DNA from: a virus | Lineage: Duplodnaviria > Caudoviricetes | Direction: 5' to 3' (one strand) | DNA length: 63,401 nt | Virus record (IMG/VR): IMGVR_UViG_3300042541_000733 | Span: 1-63,401 of that record | In this document: positions 1 to 9,988 of the stretch, piece after piece | Numbering within the stretch: the stretch's first letter is position 1 | Layout of the letters: each line of letters opens with the position of its first letter | The notes under the pieces: generated by a model | The model's input: only the letters and a program-made list of their open reading frames with translations | What the model was told of the DNA's origin: nothing | Databases searched by the model: none | Position numbers and translations under genes: made by a program

Positions 1-126
1 AAAAGGTGATACTGGTAATACAGGTGCAACTGGTGCCACTGGTGCACAAGGATTACAAGGTATAAAAGGTGATACTGGTAATACAGGTGCAACTGGTGCC
101 ACTGGTGCACAAGGATTACAAGGTAT
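1..126 (+). repeat. Two exact 63-bp tandem repeats in the collagen-like region
   Basis: 1-63 is identical to 64-126. Confidence 0.95.
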
Positions 127-727
127 ATTAGGATCTCAAGGTATACAAGGTGTATTAGGTTCTCAAGGTGTTGTTGGTGCCAATGGCGCTCAAGGCACAC
201 AAGGTTTGCAGGGTCCTATTGGACTTCAAGGTGCTCAAGGTATATTAGGCGGACTAGGGCCTCAAGGACCACAAGGTATATCAAGTCAAGGCACGACAGG
301 CGCTTCTGCATCAATTACTACAGATTCTACAAGCGCAGCCAGAAATGTCTTGTTTACAGATCAATCTTCTGGTTTCCTAAGCACAACGTATGTGAATAGT
401 AGCAGCTTAACATTTAACCCAGGTACGGCAACTCTTACAGCAACGAACTTCAATTCAAGTTCAGACAGATCAATGAAGTACAATATCAAAAATGTAAATG
501 GTGCGTTAAATAAATTAGAAATGTTAAACGGTGTAGAATTTACATGGAAAAATACAAATCTAGAATCGATAGGTGTTATCGCTCAAGATGTCGAAGATGT
601 GTTCCCTGAATTGGTATCAACAACAGATGGAAAGAAGACGGTAAACTATAATGGTCTTATCGGAGTTCTCATTGAAGCCGTAAAGACATTGAATGAAAAA
701 ATTGCAATTCTTGAAAGTAATACTTGA
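2..727 (+). CDS. Tail fibre C-terminal part (5' truncated): collagen-like Gly-X-Y repeats plus C-terminal intramolecular chaperone (peptidase S74-like)
   Basis: Frame is open from base 2 ([21 protein letters not shown]...); [18 protein letters not shown] and [15 protein letters not shown] are typical chaperone-domain motifs. Confidence 0.85.
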   Translation, partial: KGDTGNTGATGATGAQGLQGIKGDTGNTGATGATGAQGLQGILGSQGIQGVLGSQGVVGANGAQGTQGLQGPIGLQGAQGILGGLGPQGPQGISSQGTTGASASITTDSTSAARNVLFTDQSSGFLSTTYVNSSSLTFNPGTATLTATNFNSSSDRSMKYNIKNVNGALNKLEMLNGVEFTWKNTNLESIGVIAQDVEDVFPELVSTTDGKKTVNYNGLIGVLIEAVKTLNEKIAILESNT

Positions 728-755
728 CACCACCAACCAAAACGTGCTATAAATA
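724..755 (+). promoter_or_regulatory. TTGACA -35 plus overlapping T4-type late promoter TATAAATA upstream of hsp20
   Basis: TTGACA 724-729; TATAAATA 748-755. Confidence 0.65.
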
Positions 756-816
756 GATATGTCTTCGCCTTAATGGGAAGACTACAACAACTAACTTGCA
801 TAAATGGAGTTAACAT

Positions 817-1353
817 ATGAACAAGTCATTTTTCGATCCCTTCTCTTTTGCTTCAGATTTTCCTAAGCAGTTTAACACTACAGTAGGTTTTGAACCTATT
901 CTCAAGCGTCTTGCGGAAATGAGTGAAACTCTTCCTAAGATTTCTGCCTATCCCCCATACAACATAAAGAAGACTGGTGATACTACGTATGTCATCGAAA
1001 TGGCTGTTGCAGGTTTCGGTAGACAAGATTTGGAACTTGAGCTTCAAGACGGAAAGTTAACCATCAAGGGTAACGTTCATACGAATGATACAGATGATAA
1101 TTACATCTTCAAAGGTATTGCTGAACGGGCATTCACTCGTCAATTTGAATTAGCTGATACGGTCGAAGTCAAGAATGCTGATCTTATCAACGGTATGCTT
1201 AAGATTTGGCTTGAGCGTTTCATTCCTGAAGATAAGAAGCCTAAGAAGATTAACATTGGGGAAGAACCTAAGACTGAATCAAAGAAAGAACTTCTTACCG
1301 AATCTGGCAACAATGCCACTAAAGAATATCTACAAGACAGATCGGATAAGTAA
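817..1353 (+). CDS. hsp20: Small heat shock protein (Hsp20/IbpA family)
   Basis: YPPYNI, MAVAGF, GIAERAFTRQF, NGMLKI motifs; GGAG RBS. Confidence 0.95.
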   Translation: MNKSFFDPFSFASDFPKQFNTTVGFEPILKRLAEMSETLPKISAYPPYNIKKTGDTTYVIEMAVAGFGRQDLELELQDGKLTIKGNVHTNDTDDNYIFKGIAERAFTRQFELADTVEVKNADLINGMLKIWLERFIPEDKKPKKINIGEEPKTESKKELLTESGNNATKEYLQDRSDK

Positions 1354-1502
1354 TGATAAGAACACTGAAGAAAATATTCACTCGCAAGAGTGAGCAAGAT
1401 CGCATGTATGATTATCTTTGTCAGGCTACAGATCAGGCTCACTTAGAATGGCTTCAGCGTGAATGGGACCGCAAGTCCTATAATGATAGGAGACATTGGT
1501 AA
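1353..1502 (+). CDS. 49-aa protein, DUF3563-like
   Basis: MIRTLKKIFTRKSEQDRMYDYLCQATDQAHLEWLQREWDR; TAATG overlap with the hsp20 stop. Confidence 0.55.
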   Translation: MIRTLKKIFTRKSEQDRMYDYLCQATDQAHLEWLQREWDRKSYNDRRHW

Positions 1503-1556
1503 TGTTTCCTTATACTAATGAAGAAGCTGATTGGCTATCTGGCCAATGACACTATA

Positions 1557-1590
1557 TATTGAGGGGGAATCAGCTCCCTCAATATTTATT
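1557..1590 (+). terminator. Hairpin, probable terminator before pstS
   Basis: TATTGAGGG...CCCTCAATA followed by a T-rich tract. Confidence 0.5.
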
Positions 1591-1601
1591 ATGGAGTTAC
1601 T

Positions 1602-2576
1602 ATGAACAATAAAACTATGATTACTCTTGCTGCTGCTCTATTTGCTTTTGGCACTAGTGCTGCTTATGCTACCAGCGACCAGATCCGTGTCGTTGGATCA
1701 TCCACTGTTTATCCTTTCACAACCGCTGTAGCAGAACAGTTTGCTAAGAAGAATGGTGTATCTGCACCAATCGTTGAATCAACTGGTACTGGTGGTGGTA
1801 TTAAGTTGTTCTGTGCTGGTGACGGTCCAGAAACTCCCGATGCAGTTAATGCTTCGCGCGAGATGAAGAAGGAAGAACTTGATTTGTGCGCTAAGAATGG
1901 TGTAGAGCATATTGAGCAAGTTACAATTGGTATTGATGCTATTGTTCTAGCAGCATCTAAGGATCATGTTGATATGAACCTAACAACCGAAGACATTTAC
2001 AAGGCTCTAGCCAAGTATGTTTTCGTTGATGGTGGTTTCAAAGAGAATACTTCTAAGACATGGAAGGACATTCGCGCTGATCTTCCTGCTGACAAGATTG
2101 AAGTTCTAGGCCCTCCGCCAACTTCAGGTACCCGCGACTCATTTATTGAGTTGGTATTTGAAAAGGAATGTAAGTCTGTCATTAAGAAGAACAACATCAT
2201 TGCATCACCGGAAGACACAAAGACATTCTGTCATTCTGTTCGTGAAGATGGCGCTTATGTTGAAGCTGGTGAGAACGATAATCTAATCGTTCAGAAGATT
2301 CAGGCTAATCCTAAGGCTTTAGGTATCTTCGGATTCTCATTCCTTGAGCAGAATGCAAACGCAATCAGTGGCACTACTGTTAACGGTGTTGTTCCTGAAT
2401 ACGAAGCAATCGCTGCTGGTCAGTATCCTATCTCACGTAAGCTTTATGTATACTTCAAAACTTCACATCTGGAATCCAATCCAAACTTGAAGAAGTTTAT
2501 GGAAGAATATCAGAGTGATGAGGCTATCGGCTCAGATGGCTATCTTTTGGACAAGGGTCTTATCCCACTTAAGTAA
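1602..2576 (+). CDS. pstS: Phosphate ABC transporter substrate-binding protein
   Basis: Signal peptide; GSSTVYP, STGTGGG, SGTRDSF, YPISRKL. Confidence 0.95.
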   Translation: MNNKTMITLAAALFAFGTSAAYATSDQIRVVGSSTVYPFTTAVAEQFAKKNGVSAPIVESTGTGGGIKLFCAGDGPETPDAVNASREMKKEELDLCAKNGVEHIEQVTIGIDAIVLAASKDHVDMNLTTEDIYKALAKYVFVDGGFKENTSKTWKDIRADLPADKIEVLGPPPTSGTRDSFIELVFEKECKSVIKKNNIIASPEDTKTFCHSVREDGAYVEAGENDNLIVQKIQANPKALGIFGFSFLEQNANAISGTTVNGVVPEYEAIAAGQYPISRKLYVYFKTSHLESNPNLKKFMEEYQSDEAIGSDGYLLDKGLIPLK

Positions 2577-2579
2577 TAG

Positions 2580-2627
2580 TTGACACAACAGAGAGGATGC
2601 TATATAATAGTGTCCTCTCTTCTTTTT
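2580..2627 (+). promoter_or_regulatory. Sigma70-type promoter overlapping a terminator-like hairpin
   Basis: TTGACA 2580-2585, 17 bp, TATAAT 2603-2608; hairpin arms 2590-2603 and 2607-2620 then T tract. Confidence 0.75.
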
Positions 2628-2638
2628 ATAGGTATATT

Positions 2639-3394
2639 ATGAAACTAATCATTGAAAAGTCTGTAGTCGTTATCACGCCAACAATCGGCAAACCTGCTTT
2701 AGCAGATGCAATTCGTTCTGTTCAAGAACAAACATATTCTAACATTCGTCATTTGATTGTTGCGGACGGTCACAAAGAATATTCTGATGCAATGATGGAT
2801 GTTGTTCTGAATACTATAGAAATACCTCCTAAGAAAAATATTCAAACAACAAGCGTTCCTACAAATACCGGCGCAAAGGGTATTAACGGACAGCGCATTT
2901 ATGCCGCGTATCCCCATCTGGTTGATGAGGACTATGTGTTATTTCTAGATGATGATAATTGGTTTGAACCGAATCATGTCAAGTCTCTTGTCGAATTGAT
3001 CGAAGCTGAAAAACTTGATTGGGCACATTCATTGCGTAAAATATATACACCAGATAAGCAGTTTATTGCAGATGACAACTGTGAAGCATTAGGCAAATGG
3101 CCAATCTACTTTACACATGATAATCCACAGTATCTCGTAGACACTTCCGCATATGCATTCAAGCGTGAATTCATTCAGGCAACAAGCTACATTTGGGATG
3201 CAAAGCACTTCGCTTGTGATCGGATTTATTTCAACGCTATTCGAGAACGCAGTAGGTGGAATACAACGAGCAACCATTCTATGTGCTATCGTGTGGATAG
3301 TGGTCCTATTTCTGTGAACGGTGATTTCTTTATCGAAGGCAATCAAAAGCAACTTGAACATTATAAAGGAGAACTACCTTGGGTAAAGACCTAA
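2639..3394 (+). CDS. Glycosyltransferase family 2
   Basis: VITPT, SVQEQTY, IVADG, FLDDDNW (DxD). Confidence 0.85.
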   Translation: MKLIIEKSVVVITPTIGKPALADAIRSVQEQTYSNIRHLIVADGHKEYSDAMMDVVLNTIEIPPKKNIQTTSVPTNTGAKGINGQRIYAAYPHLVDEDYVLFLDDDNWFEPNHVKSLVELIEAEKLDWAHSLRKIYTPDKQFIADDNCEALGKWPIYFTHDNPQYLVDTSAYAFKREFIQATSYIWDAKHFACDRIYFNAIRERSRWNTTSNHSMCYRVDSGPISVNGDFFIEGNQKQLEHYKGELPWVKT

Positions 3395-4284
3395 TTATTG
3401 GTGGTGCATCAAACTACGACTGGAATAAACTGAAGCATTGGGTCAACTCTATTAAGAAGTCTGGCTTTAAGGGTGATATCGTTTTGGTTGCAACGAACAT
3501 TGAAAAAGAAACAATTGAAAAGCTTACAGAAGAAGGACTTATCCTTGAACTTTATGGAGACGTTCAAGAAGATGGTAGTGTTAAGTCTTTTCACAATGGT
3601 GCACCGCACGTAGAACGCTTCTTCTATATCTGGAACTATTTGACTAAGCATGGATCAAAATATGACTTTGTAGTGGCAACTGATACCCGCGATGTTGTTT
3701 TTCAGTCCAATCCTTCTGATTGGTATGATGATGCAATTTTTGAAGGACTTCAAGACCTCATTGTATCGTGTGAAGGTATGAAGTATGAAGATGAACCTTG
3801 GAACAATCAAAATCTGTTGCAATCATTTGGATCATATTTCCATAAGATTTACAAAGAAATGAAAGTCTGCAACGTTGGTATTCTTGCAGGATCACCATCT
3901 CAAATGCGCGACTTGTTCTTCATGATTTTTCAAATGTCGATCAATCGTCCTATTCCTATTGTCGATCAAGTTGTATTCAACATTATTCTTCAGCAGAAGC
4001 CTTATACTGATATAGTGAAAACCACAACGAACAAAGATGCTTGGGCAATCAATCTAGGTATTACGAGAGAAGCAGTCAAGTCGGGTGCAGGTGACCTAGG
4101 AGCTACAATTCAAAACAATCCGTCTAAGATGATTCTATATGAAACTACATACCTTGACGAACAACCGAGTATTACGGATGATGGTATCGTTGTCAATTCT
4201 AAGGGTATACCGTTTGTTATAGTTCATCAATATGACAGAACATTGGCATGGCGTGAAAGCATTGAGGCTAGATATGATCAGTAA
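3379..4284 (+). CDS. Putative GT-A fold glycosyltransferase
   Basis: TDTRDVVFQSNP, DQ and VHQYDR motifs; lies between GT2 and a methyltransferase. Confidence 0.6.
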   Translation: MGKDLIIGGASNYDWNKLKHWVNSIKKSGFKGDIVLVATNIEKETIEKLTEEGLILELYGDVQEDGSVKSFHNGAPHVERFFYIWNYLTKHGSKYDFVVATDTRDVVFQSNPSDWYDDAIFEGLQDLIVSCEGMKYEDEPWNNQNLLQSFGSYFHKIYKEMKVCNVGILAGSPSQMRDLFFMIFQMSINRPIPIVDQVVFNIILQQKPYTDIVKTTTNKDAWAINLGITREAVKSGAGDLGATIQNNPSKMILYETTYLDEQPSITDDGIVVNSKGIPFVIVHQYDRTLAWRESIEARYDQ

Positions 4285-4903
4285 TACAGGCGATATAAGT
4301 CAGTTCTTTGACTTTCTTAAAGAACGAGATGTGAAGTCTATTTTAGACATTGGTGCTAACGTTGGCAACTTCTCAATGATGATGAGACATATATTGCCAG
4401 AAGCTCAACTGTTTATGATTGAAGCTAATCCTTTTTGTGATGGCATACTGAAGAGAACAGGAATTCCATATTCGATTGTGTGTTTGTCTAATGATGTAAA
4501 AGATGTTCAGTTCTATTTTCAAGACGGTAATATGATTGGTACAGGATCATCTTACTACCTTGAAAATACAAATTATTTTTCTATGAAGAACTATTCTTGG
4601 GTTACCACACAAACACTTGATAGTGTGCTTGAACGTGATTGCCCAGATATCGCGTTTGATTTCATCAAGATGGACACTCAAGGTTCTGAAGTGGACATTA
4701 TGAAAGGTGGACAAAAAGCCATTTCTAATGCACGTTATGTTCTTTTGGAAATATCACTTATTCCTTATAACATAGGAGCTCCTTTAAAAGAAGAAGTATT
4801 GGAATACATGAAGAGTATAGGTTTTGTTCCAATCCAAAAAATTGATGAAAGCTATATGAATGGTTCACTTATTCAAGAAGATTGGATATTTGAAAAAGCT
4901 TGA
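4274..4903 (+). CDS. FkbM family methyltransferase
   Basis: LDIGANVG, IKMDTQGSE. Confidence 0.9.
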   Translation: MISNTGDISQFFDFLKERDVKSILDIGANVGNFSMMMRHILPEAQLFMIEANPFCDGILKRTGIPYSIVCLSNDVKDVQFYFQDGNMIGTGSSYYLENTNYFSMKNYSWVTTQTLDSVLERDCPDIAFDFIKMDTQGSEVDIMKGGQKAISNARYVLLEISLIPYNIGAPLKEEVLEYMKSIGFVPIQKIDESYMNGSLIQEDWIFEKA

Positions 4904-4928
4904 CATTCTGTGCTTCCAATGCTATGAT
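4900..4928 (+). promoter_or_regulatory. Sigma70-type promoter
   Basis: TTGACA-17-TATGAT. Confidence 0.7.
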
Positions 4929-4957
4929 TATTAGTAATCTACATTAAGAGAGGAAAT

Positions 4958-5224
4958 ATGCTTAGTAAGTTGGAAATGGAAACTATTTGGCGTGAGCAAC
5001 CTTATGGTGCGTTTAAGTCTATAAAGTCCCGAATGAAAGGACGAAAGAAGTTTACTATTTCCGTTGAACCGTACGTTAAGAATTTTCTTCCTGCACAATC
5101 TTTTGTGGTGTATGCAAAGAATTACAACCATGCTTGTGATGAAGCAAGCATTCAGTTTTGGGCAAAGAATCGTGATACTATCGAAGTTAAGATAGACGGC
5201 TATTCGTTCAAAGAAGTTAGATAA
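4958..5224 (+). CDS. Hypothetical protein
   Basis: ORF with GAGG RBS. Confidence 0.7.
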   Translation: MLSKLEMETIWREQPYGAFKSIKSRMKGRKKFTISVEPYVKNFLPAQSFVVYAKNYNHACDEASIQFWAKNRDTIEVKIDGYSFKEVR

Positions 5225-5235
5225 ATACAAAGAGC

Positions 5236-5309
5236 GCGAGGTTGGTATATGGGTTGTGCCCCAGCCTTCCAAGCTGTAGAAGCGGGTTCGAGTCCCGCAC
5301 CTCGCTCCA
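5236..5309 (+). tRNA. tRNA-Gly(TCC)
   Basis: Cloverleaf, TTCGA T-loop, encoded CCA. Confidence 0.9.
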
Positions 5310-5332
5310 ATCTTTCATTATGAGGTAACACT

Positions 5333-5575
5333 ATGTCCATTTGGTATATTATTCTTTTCACTGTTCTGGCAGACGGTAAGGCTACCGTTGATACCAGATA
5401 TCCTAACACTCCTGAATACAATAACGAGAAGACTTGCAATGAAGTCGGCAACTTTCTTATGGATGAAGAGCAGACTAAGATTGGCACGAATGCTGGTATT
5501 GTCTATTACATCTGTAAGGAAATTACCGGCGAAGAAATCAAGAAGGCAACTAGCAAGACTGGAAGCGGTACCTAA
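5333..5575 (+). CDS. Hypothetical small protein with hydrophobic N-terminus
   Basis: GAGG RBS. Confidence 0.7.
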   Translation: MSIWYIILFTVLADGKATVDTRYPNTPEYNNEKTCNEVGNFLMDEEQTKIGTNAGIVYYICKEITGEEIKKATSKTGSGT

Positions 5576-5742
5576 TGAATAACTTTACTCTAGATGAGTT
5601 TATTGAGAATGAAGATGGTAGTGCGACTATTTCCGTGACTATGGATTACGATACCCTTTTAGTGTTTGCGCGAAAAGGTATCATGGCCACTCTTATTGAA
5701 TCTGCTAATAAGATTATTGAAGAACAGGAAACTAAAGAATGA
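5575..5742 (+). CDS. Hypothetical 55-aa protein
   Basis: MNNFTLDEFIENEDGSATISV...; translationally coupled on both sides. Confidence 0.65.
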   Translation: MNNFTLDEFIENEDGSATISVTMDYDTLLVFARKGIMATLIESANKIIEEQETKE

Positions 5743-6428
5743 AGGTTAAGATCGGCGGATATCCTGATACTTGGTGGACTTGTCAAATCCATTCTAACTA
5801 TATGGACAGGAAGTATGGTATTGAATGGAAAGAAAGTGAAACCAAGTTTGAAAAGTTTCTAGAAAAACTTGAATCTGCTATTCGGTGGTTCTATAACAAT
5901 ACTGTAAATCATGTTGTGAAGCATCGTAAGCGCAAGATCAGTGTTCGTATTGACCGTGAAGATACTTGGAGTATGGATCACACTCTAGCATACATCATTC
6001 TTCCTATGCTCAAACAATTAAAGGCCACAAAACACGGCAGCCCTTATATTGAACCTGAAGATATTCCAGAACATATGCGTTTGACTGAAAGAGAGACTGC
6101 TGTTTTTGATCACGGCTCTTATGATAAGACTCTAAACGCAACTGATGAAGAGATTGAAGCGGCCAGTGAAAAGTTTCATGCCCAGTGGATCTGGGTTCTT
6201 GATCAGATGATTTGGAGCTTTGAGCAAGAGATTGATGAAGAGGACGATTATAAGAATTACTATGATCCTTATGAACCAGGAGAAATCGTTGAGGGAGATT
6301 CTCTCTTCAGTAAAGAAGAGCGACTGAAGACCGGCAAGTTTAATGCTGAAAAGTGTAAGGCATATAATGAGCGTAAGCAACTTGGATTCACGCTGTTCGG
6401 TAAGTACTATCAGAATTTGTGGGATTAA
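5739..6428 (+). CDS. Conserved phage hypothetical protein
   Basis: DTWSMDHTLA and LFGKYYQNLWD motifs typical of T4-like hypotheticals. Confidence 0.75.
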   Translation: MKVKIGGYPDTWWTCQIHSNYMDRKYGIEWKESETKFEKFLEKLESAIRWFYNNTVNHVVKHRKRKISVRIDREDTWSMDHTLAYIILPMLKQLKATKHGSPYIEPEDIPEHMRLTERETAVFDHGSYDKTLNATDEEIEAASEKFHAQWIWVLDQMIWSFEQEIDEEDDYKNYYDPYEPGEIVEGDSLFSKEERLKTGKFNAEKCKAYNERKQLGFTLFGKYYQNLWD

Positions 6429-6431
6429 GAT

Positions 6432-6683
6432 ATGAAGTGTAACACCTGTAAGGTTGAGTTTGAGGATTTGACTGGACGACCGCCTATATTTGGTGTTGGT
6501 TCTGCAATGCTATATCTGAAAGATGATGATTACTACATTCTCGCTTACTTTGGTTCAAAATATGACATGCAAAGATTTGCTCTCAAGAAAGATAAATATG
6601 AGACAGGCATTGTCTGTGATGATTGTATTAGTAAATTTATAAAAGATGGCAAAGCCTGGATGATAGAAGACGGAGTATGGTAA
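6432..6683 (+). CDS. Hypothetical protein with two CxxC
   Basis: CNTC, CDDC. Confidence 0.65.
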   Translation: MKCNTCKVEFEDLTGRPPIFGVGSAMLYLKDDDYYILAYFGSKYDMQRFALKKDKYETGIVCDDCISKFIKDGKAWMIEDGVW

Positions 6684-6705
6684 ACCCCTTATAAGGAATA
6701 GAGCT

Positions 6706-6906
6706 ATGACATATCAGACTATTTCCGAAGAGATTATAAAGCAAGCGGCAGAACTATCCGGACCTAACAGTAGCTTCCACACAGCACTAAAATATGCAGA
6801 TGACTATAGACAAGCAGGATTAAACCCTGTATACTATACAGACGATGAAGAGAAAATGGTATTCGTCACTACCGAAGAAAAAATGAACGGCAATGTATTC
6901 CATTAA
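6706..6906 (+). CDS. Hypothetical protein
   Basis: AAGGA RBS. Confidence 0.65.
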   Translation: MTYQTISEEIIKQAAELSGPNSSFHTALKYADDYRQAGLNPVYYTDDEEKMVFVTTEEKMNGNVFH

Positions 6907-6915
6907 GGAGAGACT

Positions 6916-7098
6916 ATGAATATTCTTGAAACTCAGTTCGTGCAGCGTGCCTATGATGGTAAGTGGGAAAAGCTTGCCAAAGTTATGGACTACGATAACA
7001 AGTATGTCTATAAGAGCGAGTCAGGATCAAACCTGACTTATATTCCAACTAAGTGGATGACAGTTGGTGTTTATGACATGTTAGTGGAACTAGAGTGA
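6916..7098 (+). CDS. Hypothetical protein
   Basis: GGAG RBS. Confidence 0.65.
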   Translation: MNILETQFVQRAYDGKWEKLAKVMDYDNKYVYKSESGSNLTYIPTKWMTVGVYDMLVELE

Positions 7099-7415
7099 TG
7101 GCAGTAAATGTAAAGATCATTAAGTTGATCACGGGTGAAGAATTGCTTGGCGAAGTTGCCGACCATCATATTGAGGATAACATTACTCTTAAGAATCCTG
7201 TTCGTATCGTTGTGATGCCAAATAAGATTGATCCTAAGACTCCAAACATTGGATTTGCTCCGTGGGCAGAATTTACTGATGATAAGACTTTTGTGCTTGA
7301 CAAATCCCACATACTTGCTATAATGAACCCTATTAAAGAGTTCGTCAATCAGTATAATTCCATGTTTGGCGGTCTTGTTCTTCCTACAGGAAATCTTATA
7401 ACCCCAGGAGCATAA
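7098..7415 (+). CDS. Conserved T4-like small protein (Sm-like fold suspected)
   Basis: KIIKLITGEELLG, KNP, PW pattern; directly precedes the polymerase. Confidence 0.65.
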   Translation: MAVNVKIIKLITGEELLGEVADHHIEDNITLKNPVRIVVMPNKIDPKTPNIGFAPWAEFTDDKTFVLDKSHILAIMNPIKEFVNQYNSMFGGLVLPTGNLITPGA

Positions 7416-9967
7416 TGTCTGACTTTTATACCAACGTACAGGTTTTCGGTTCACGTATTCTGTATCGCGGCGTTGAAAACGGTAGGAAAGTTCGTCGCAA
7501 GATCGATTACTTTCCTACCTTTTTTGTTCCCGCTAAAGAGACTACTGAATGGAAAACTATTCATGGAGAGTATGTTGCGGAACTGAAGCCCGGCAACATA
7601 CGTGAAGCCCGAGACTTCATCAAGCAATATGAAGATGTTGATGGGTTTGTTGTATACGGCAACAACAAGTATGAGTATGCTTTCATTGCCGACTCTTATC
7701 CCAAAGAAATTGATTGGGACCTTCAGCATATTAACATTACCAATATCGATATCGAGGTAGGTTCAGAGAATGGCTTTCCTGAACCCATGAGTGCATCTGA
7801 ACCAATCACAGCAATTACATTCAAGAACAAAGACAAGTTTGTGGTCTTGGGTTGTGGCATCTTTCAGAATAAGCGCGATGATGTTTGGTACATTCAGTGT
7901 CGTGATGAAGTAGACTTGCTCAAGCGATTTTTGGACGAGTGGACTTTTGATTATCCAGATATCATTACTGGTTGGAACGTGAAGTTCTTCGATATTCCTT
8001 ATCTTGTTAATCGTATCACGAAGTTACTTGGCGAAGCTGAGGCAAAGCGTCTATCGCCTTGGATGAACATTGATCAACGTACCGCCACTGTGATGGGTCG
8101 TGAACAAACCACATTTATACCTACTGGCATCGCAACCTTAGACTATATTGAACTATATCGTAAGTTTGCACCTGGCGGAGCTTCGCAAGAGAGCTACAAG
8201 CTGGACGCTATTTGTAACGTAGAGCTTGGCGAAAGAAAGTTATCGTATGAAGAATATGGATCACTGCATACTTTGTACAAAGACAATTACCAGCTATTCA
8301 TTGAGTATAACATTCGAGACGTGGAACTGGTAGGTAAGCTTGAAGATAAGCTCCGTCTAATCGAACTTGCCCTCACTCTTGCATATGATTCCAAATCAAA
8401 CTATGATGATGTGTTCGCTCAGGTTCGTATGTGGGATGCTATCATCTATAACTATCTTCTCAATAGAAAGATGGTGGTACCTCCAAAGACGCGCAATCGT
8501 AAAGATGAGGCATACATTGGTGCCTTTGTTAAAGATCCGCAGATTGGCGAACATAAGTGGGTTGCATCTTTCGATTTGAACAGTCTATATCCACATCTTA
8601 TTATGCAGTACAATATCAGTCCAGAAACTCTCATTCAACCAGAGAACTATGATGGTACGATTCGCGAGTTCCTTCTCAACAATACAGTATCAATCGATTC
8701 TTTGTTGAATCGAGAATGTAATACAAGCGTTCTTCAAACAGCAAATGTGACACTGACTCCTAACGGCCAGTTTTTCACAAAAGAACGTCATGGGTTCTTG
8801 CCTGAAATTATGGAGACAATGTACAATGACCGCAGTGTGTACAAGAAGAAGGCTATTGAAGCTAAGAAAGCCCTTGAAAAAGAAACGGATAACTCAAAAC
8901 GGTTTGAGATTGAAAAGAGGGTTGCAAGGTTTAACAACCTCCAGCTTGCGAAAAAGGTTTCTCTTAATTCAGCTTACGGTGCGTTAGGTAACGAGTTTTT
9001 TCGATTCTTCGATGTTCGTCAAGCTTCTGCCATTACAACAGCTGGTCAGCTTTCTATTCGATGGATCGAACACAGAATCAATGAGTGGATGAATAATCTC
9101 CTCAAAACAAAGGATGGTGATTATGTCATTGCGTCAGATACGGACTCGATTTACCTTTCGCTTGATAAACTGGTCAGCGAAACTATTGTTAAGCAGAAGC
9201 CGAATGCAACTACAAGAGAAATCATCGCCTTCATGGATAAGGCGTGTGAAGATAGGATCCAACCGTTTATTGACAAGGCTTATTCTGAGCTTGCTGAGTA
9301 CGTAAACGCATACGAACAAAAGATGCAAATGAAGCGTGAAGCTTTGGCAGATAAGGGTATCTGGACTGCCAAGAAACGCTACATCATGAATGTATACAAT
9401 AACGAAGGTGTTGAGTATGCAAAGCCCAAACCTAAAGTGATGGGTCTTGAGATGATCAAGTCTTCCACTCCTGCATATTGTCGCAAGATTATGTGGGAAG
9501 CAATTGATGTTGTTCTAAACGGTAACGAAGACAAGCTGATCGGTATGATTGAAGCATGGAAAGATGAGTTTAGAACTCAGAACATTGTTGATATTGCTTT
9601 TCCTCGTGGTGTGAATGGACTTAAAAAGTTCTCGGATCCGCAGAGGGTATTTGGTAAAGGTACACCAATTCATGTTCGTGGTTCTCTTCTATATAACAAT
9701 ATGATCATGCGTAGAAAACTCGACAAGACGTATCCTCTTATTCAAGAAGGTGAGAAGATTAAGTTTATCTTTTTGAAAGAACCAAACACTATTCAAAGCG
9801 ATATCATTGCATTCCCAACTATAATGCCAAAAGAATTGGAATTGGATCAGTACATCGATTACGATACACAGTTTGAAAAGTCTTTCATTGATCCTCTTCG
9901 CATTGTGCTTGACAGTATTGGATGGAAAACTGAACAAGTTTCATCCCTTGAAGATTTCTTTTCATGA
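7415..9967 (+). CDS. 43: Family B DNA polymerase (T4 gp43-like), uninterrupted
   Basis: DIE exonuclease motif, SFDLNSLYP, KVSLNSAYG, SDTDS. Confidence 0.98.
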   Translation: MSDFYTNVQVFGSRILYRGVENGRKVRRKIDYFPTFFVPAKETTEWKTIHGEYVAELKPGNIREARDFIKQYEDVDGFVVYGNNKYEYAFIADSYPKEIDWDLQHINITNIDIEVGSENGFPEPMSASEPITAITFKNKDKFVVLGCGIFQNKRDDVWYIQCRDEVDLLKRFLDEWTFDYPDIITGWNVKFFDIPYLVNRITKLLGEAEAKRLSPWMNIDQRTATVMGREQTTFIPTGIATLDYIELYRKFAPGGASQESYKLDAICNVELGERKLSYEEYGSLHTLYKDNYQLFIEYNIRDVELVGKLEDKLRLIELALTLAYDSKSNYDDVFAQVRMWDAIIYNYLLNRKMVVPPKTRNRKDEAYIGAFVKDPQIGEHKWVASFDLNSLYPHLIMQYNISPETLIQPENYDGTIREFLLNNTVSIDSLLNRECNTSVLQTANVTLTPNGQFFTKERHGFLPEIMETMYNDRSVYKKKAIEAKKALEKETDNSKRFEIEKRVARFNNLQLAKKVSLNSAYGALGNEFFRFFDVRQASAITTAGQLSIRWIEHRINEWMNNLLKTKDGDYVIASDTDSIYLSLDKLVSETIVKQKPNATTREIIAFMDKACEDRIQPFIDKAYSELAEYVNAYEQKMQMKREALADKGIWTAKKRYIMNVYNNEGVEYAKPKPKVMGLEMIKSSTPAYCRKIMWEAIDVVLNGNEDKLIGMIEAWKDEFRTQNIVDIAFPRGVNGLKKFSDPQRVFGKGTPIHVRGSLLYNNMIMRRKLDKTYPLIQEGEKIKFIFLKEPNTIQSDIIAFPTIMPKELELDQYIDYDTQFEKSFIDPLRIVLDSIGWKTEQVSSLEDFFS

Positions 9968-9988
9968 TTAAACAGTATTGAGGTAGAT

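Noticed and set aside
1-126. Diversity-generating retroelement template/variable repeat
   Set aside because: Exact adjacent in-frame collagen duplication, no adenine-specific differences, no reverse transcriptase
1503-1601. Pho box upstream of pstS
   Set aside because: Only a single reversed TGTCAT half-site, no 11-bp tandem repeat
7415-9967. Intein or intron in the polymerase (also checked helicase, thyX, nrdJ)
   Set aside because: ORFs are continuous, of normal length and lack splicing motifs
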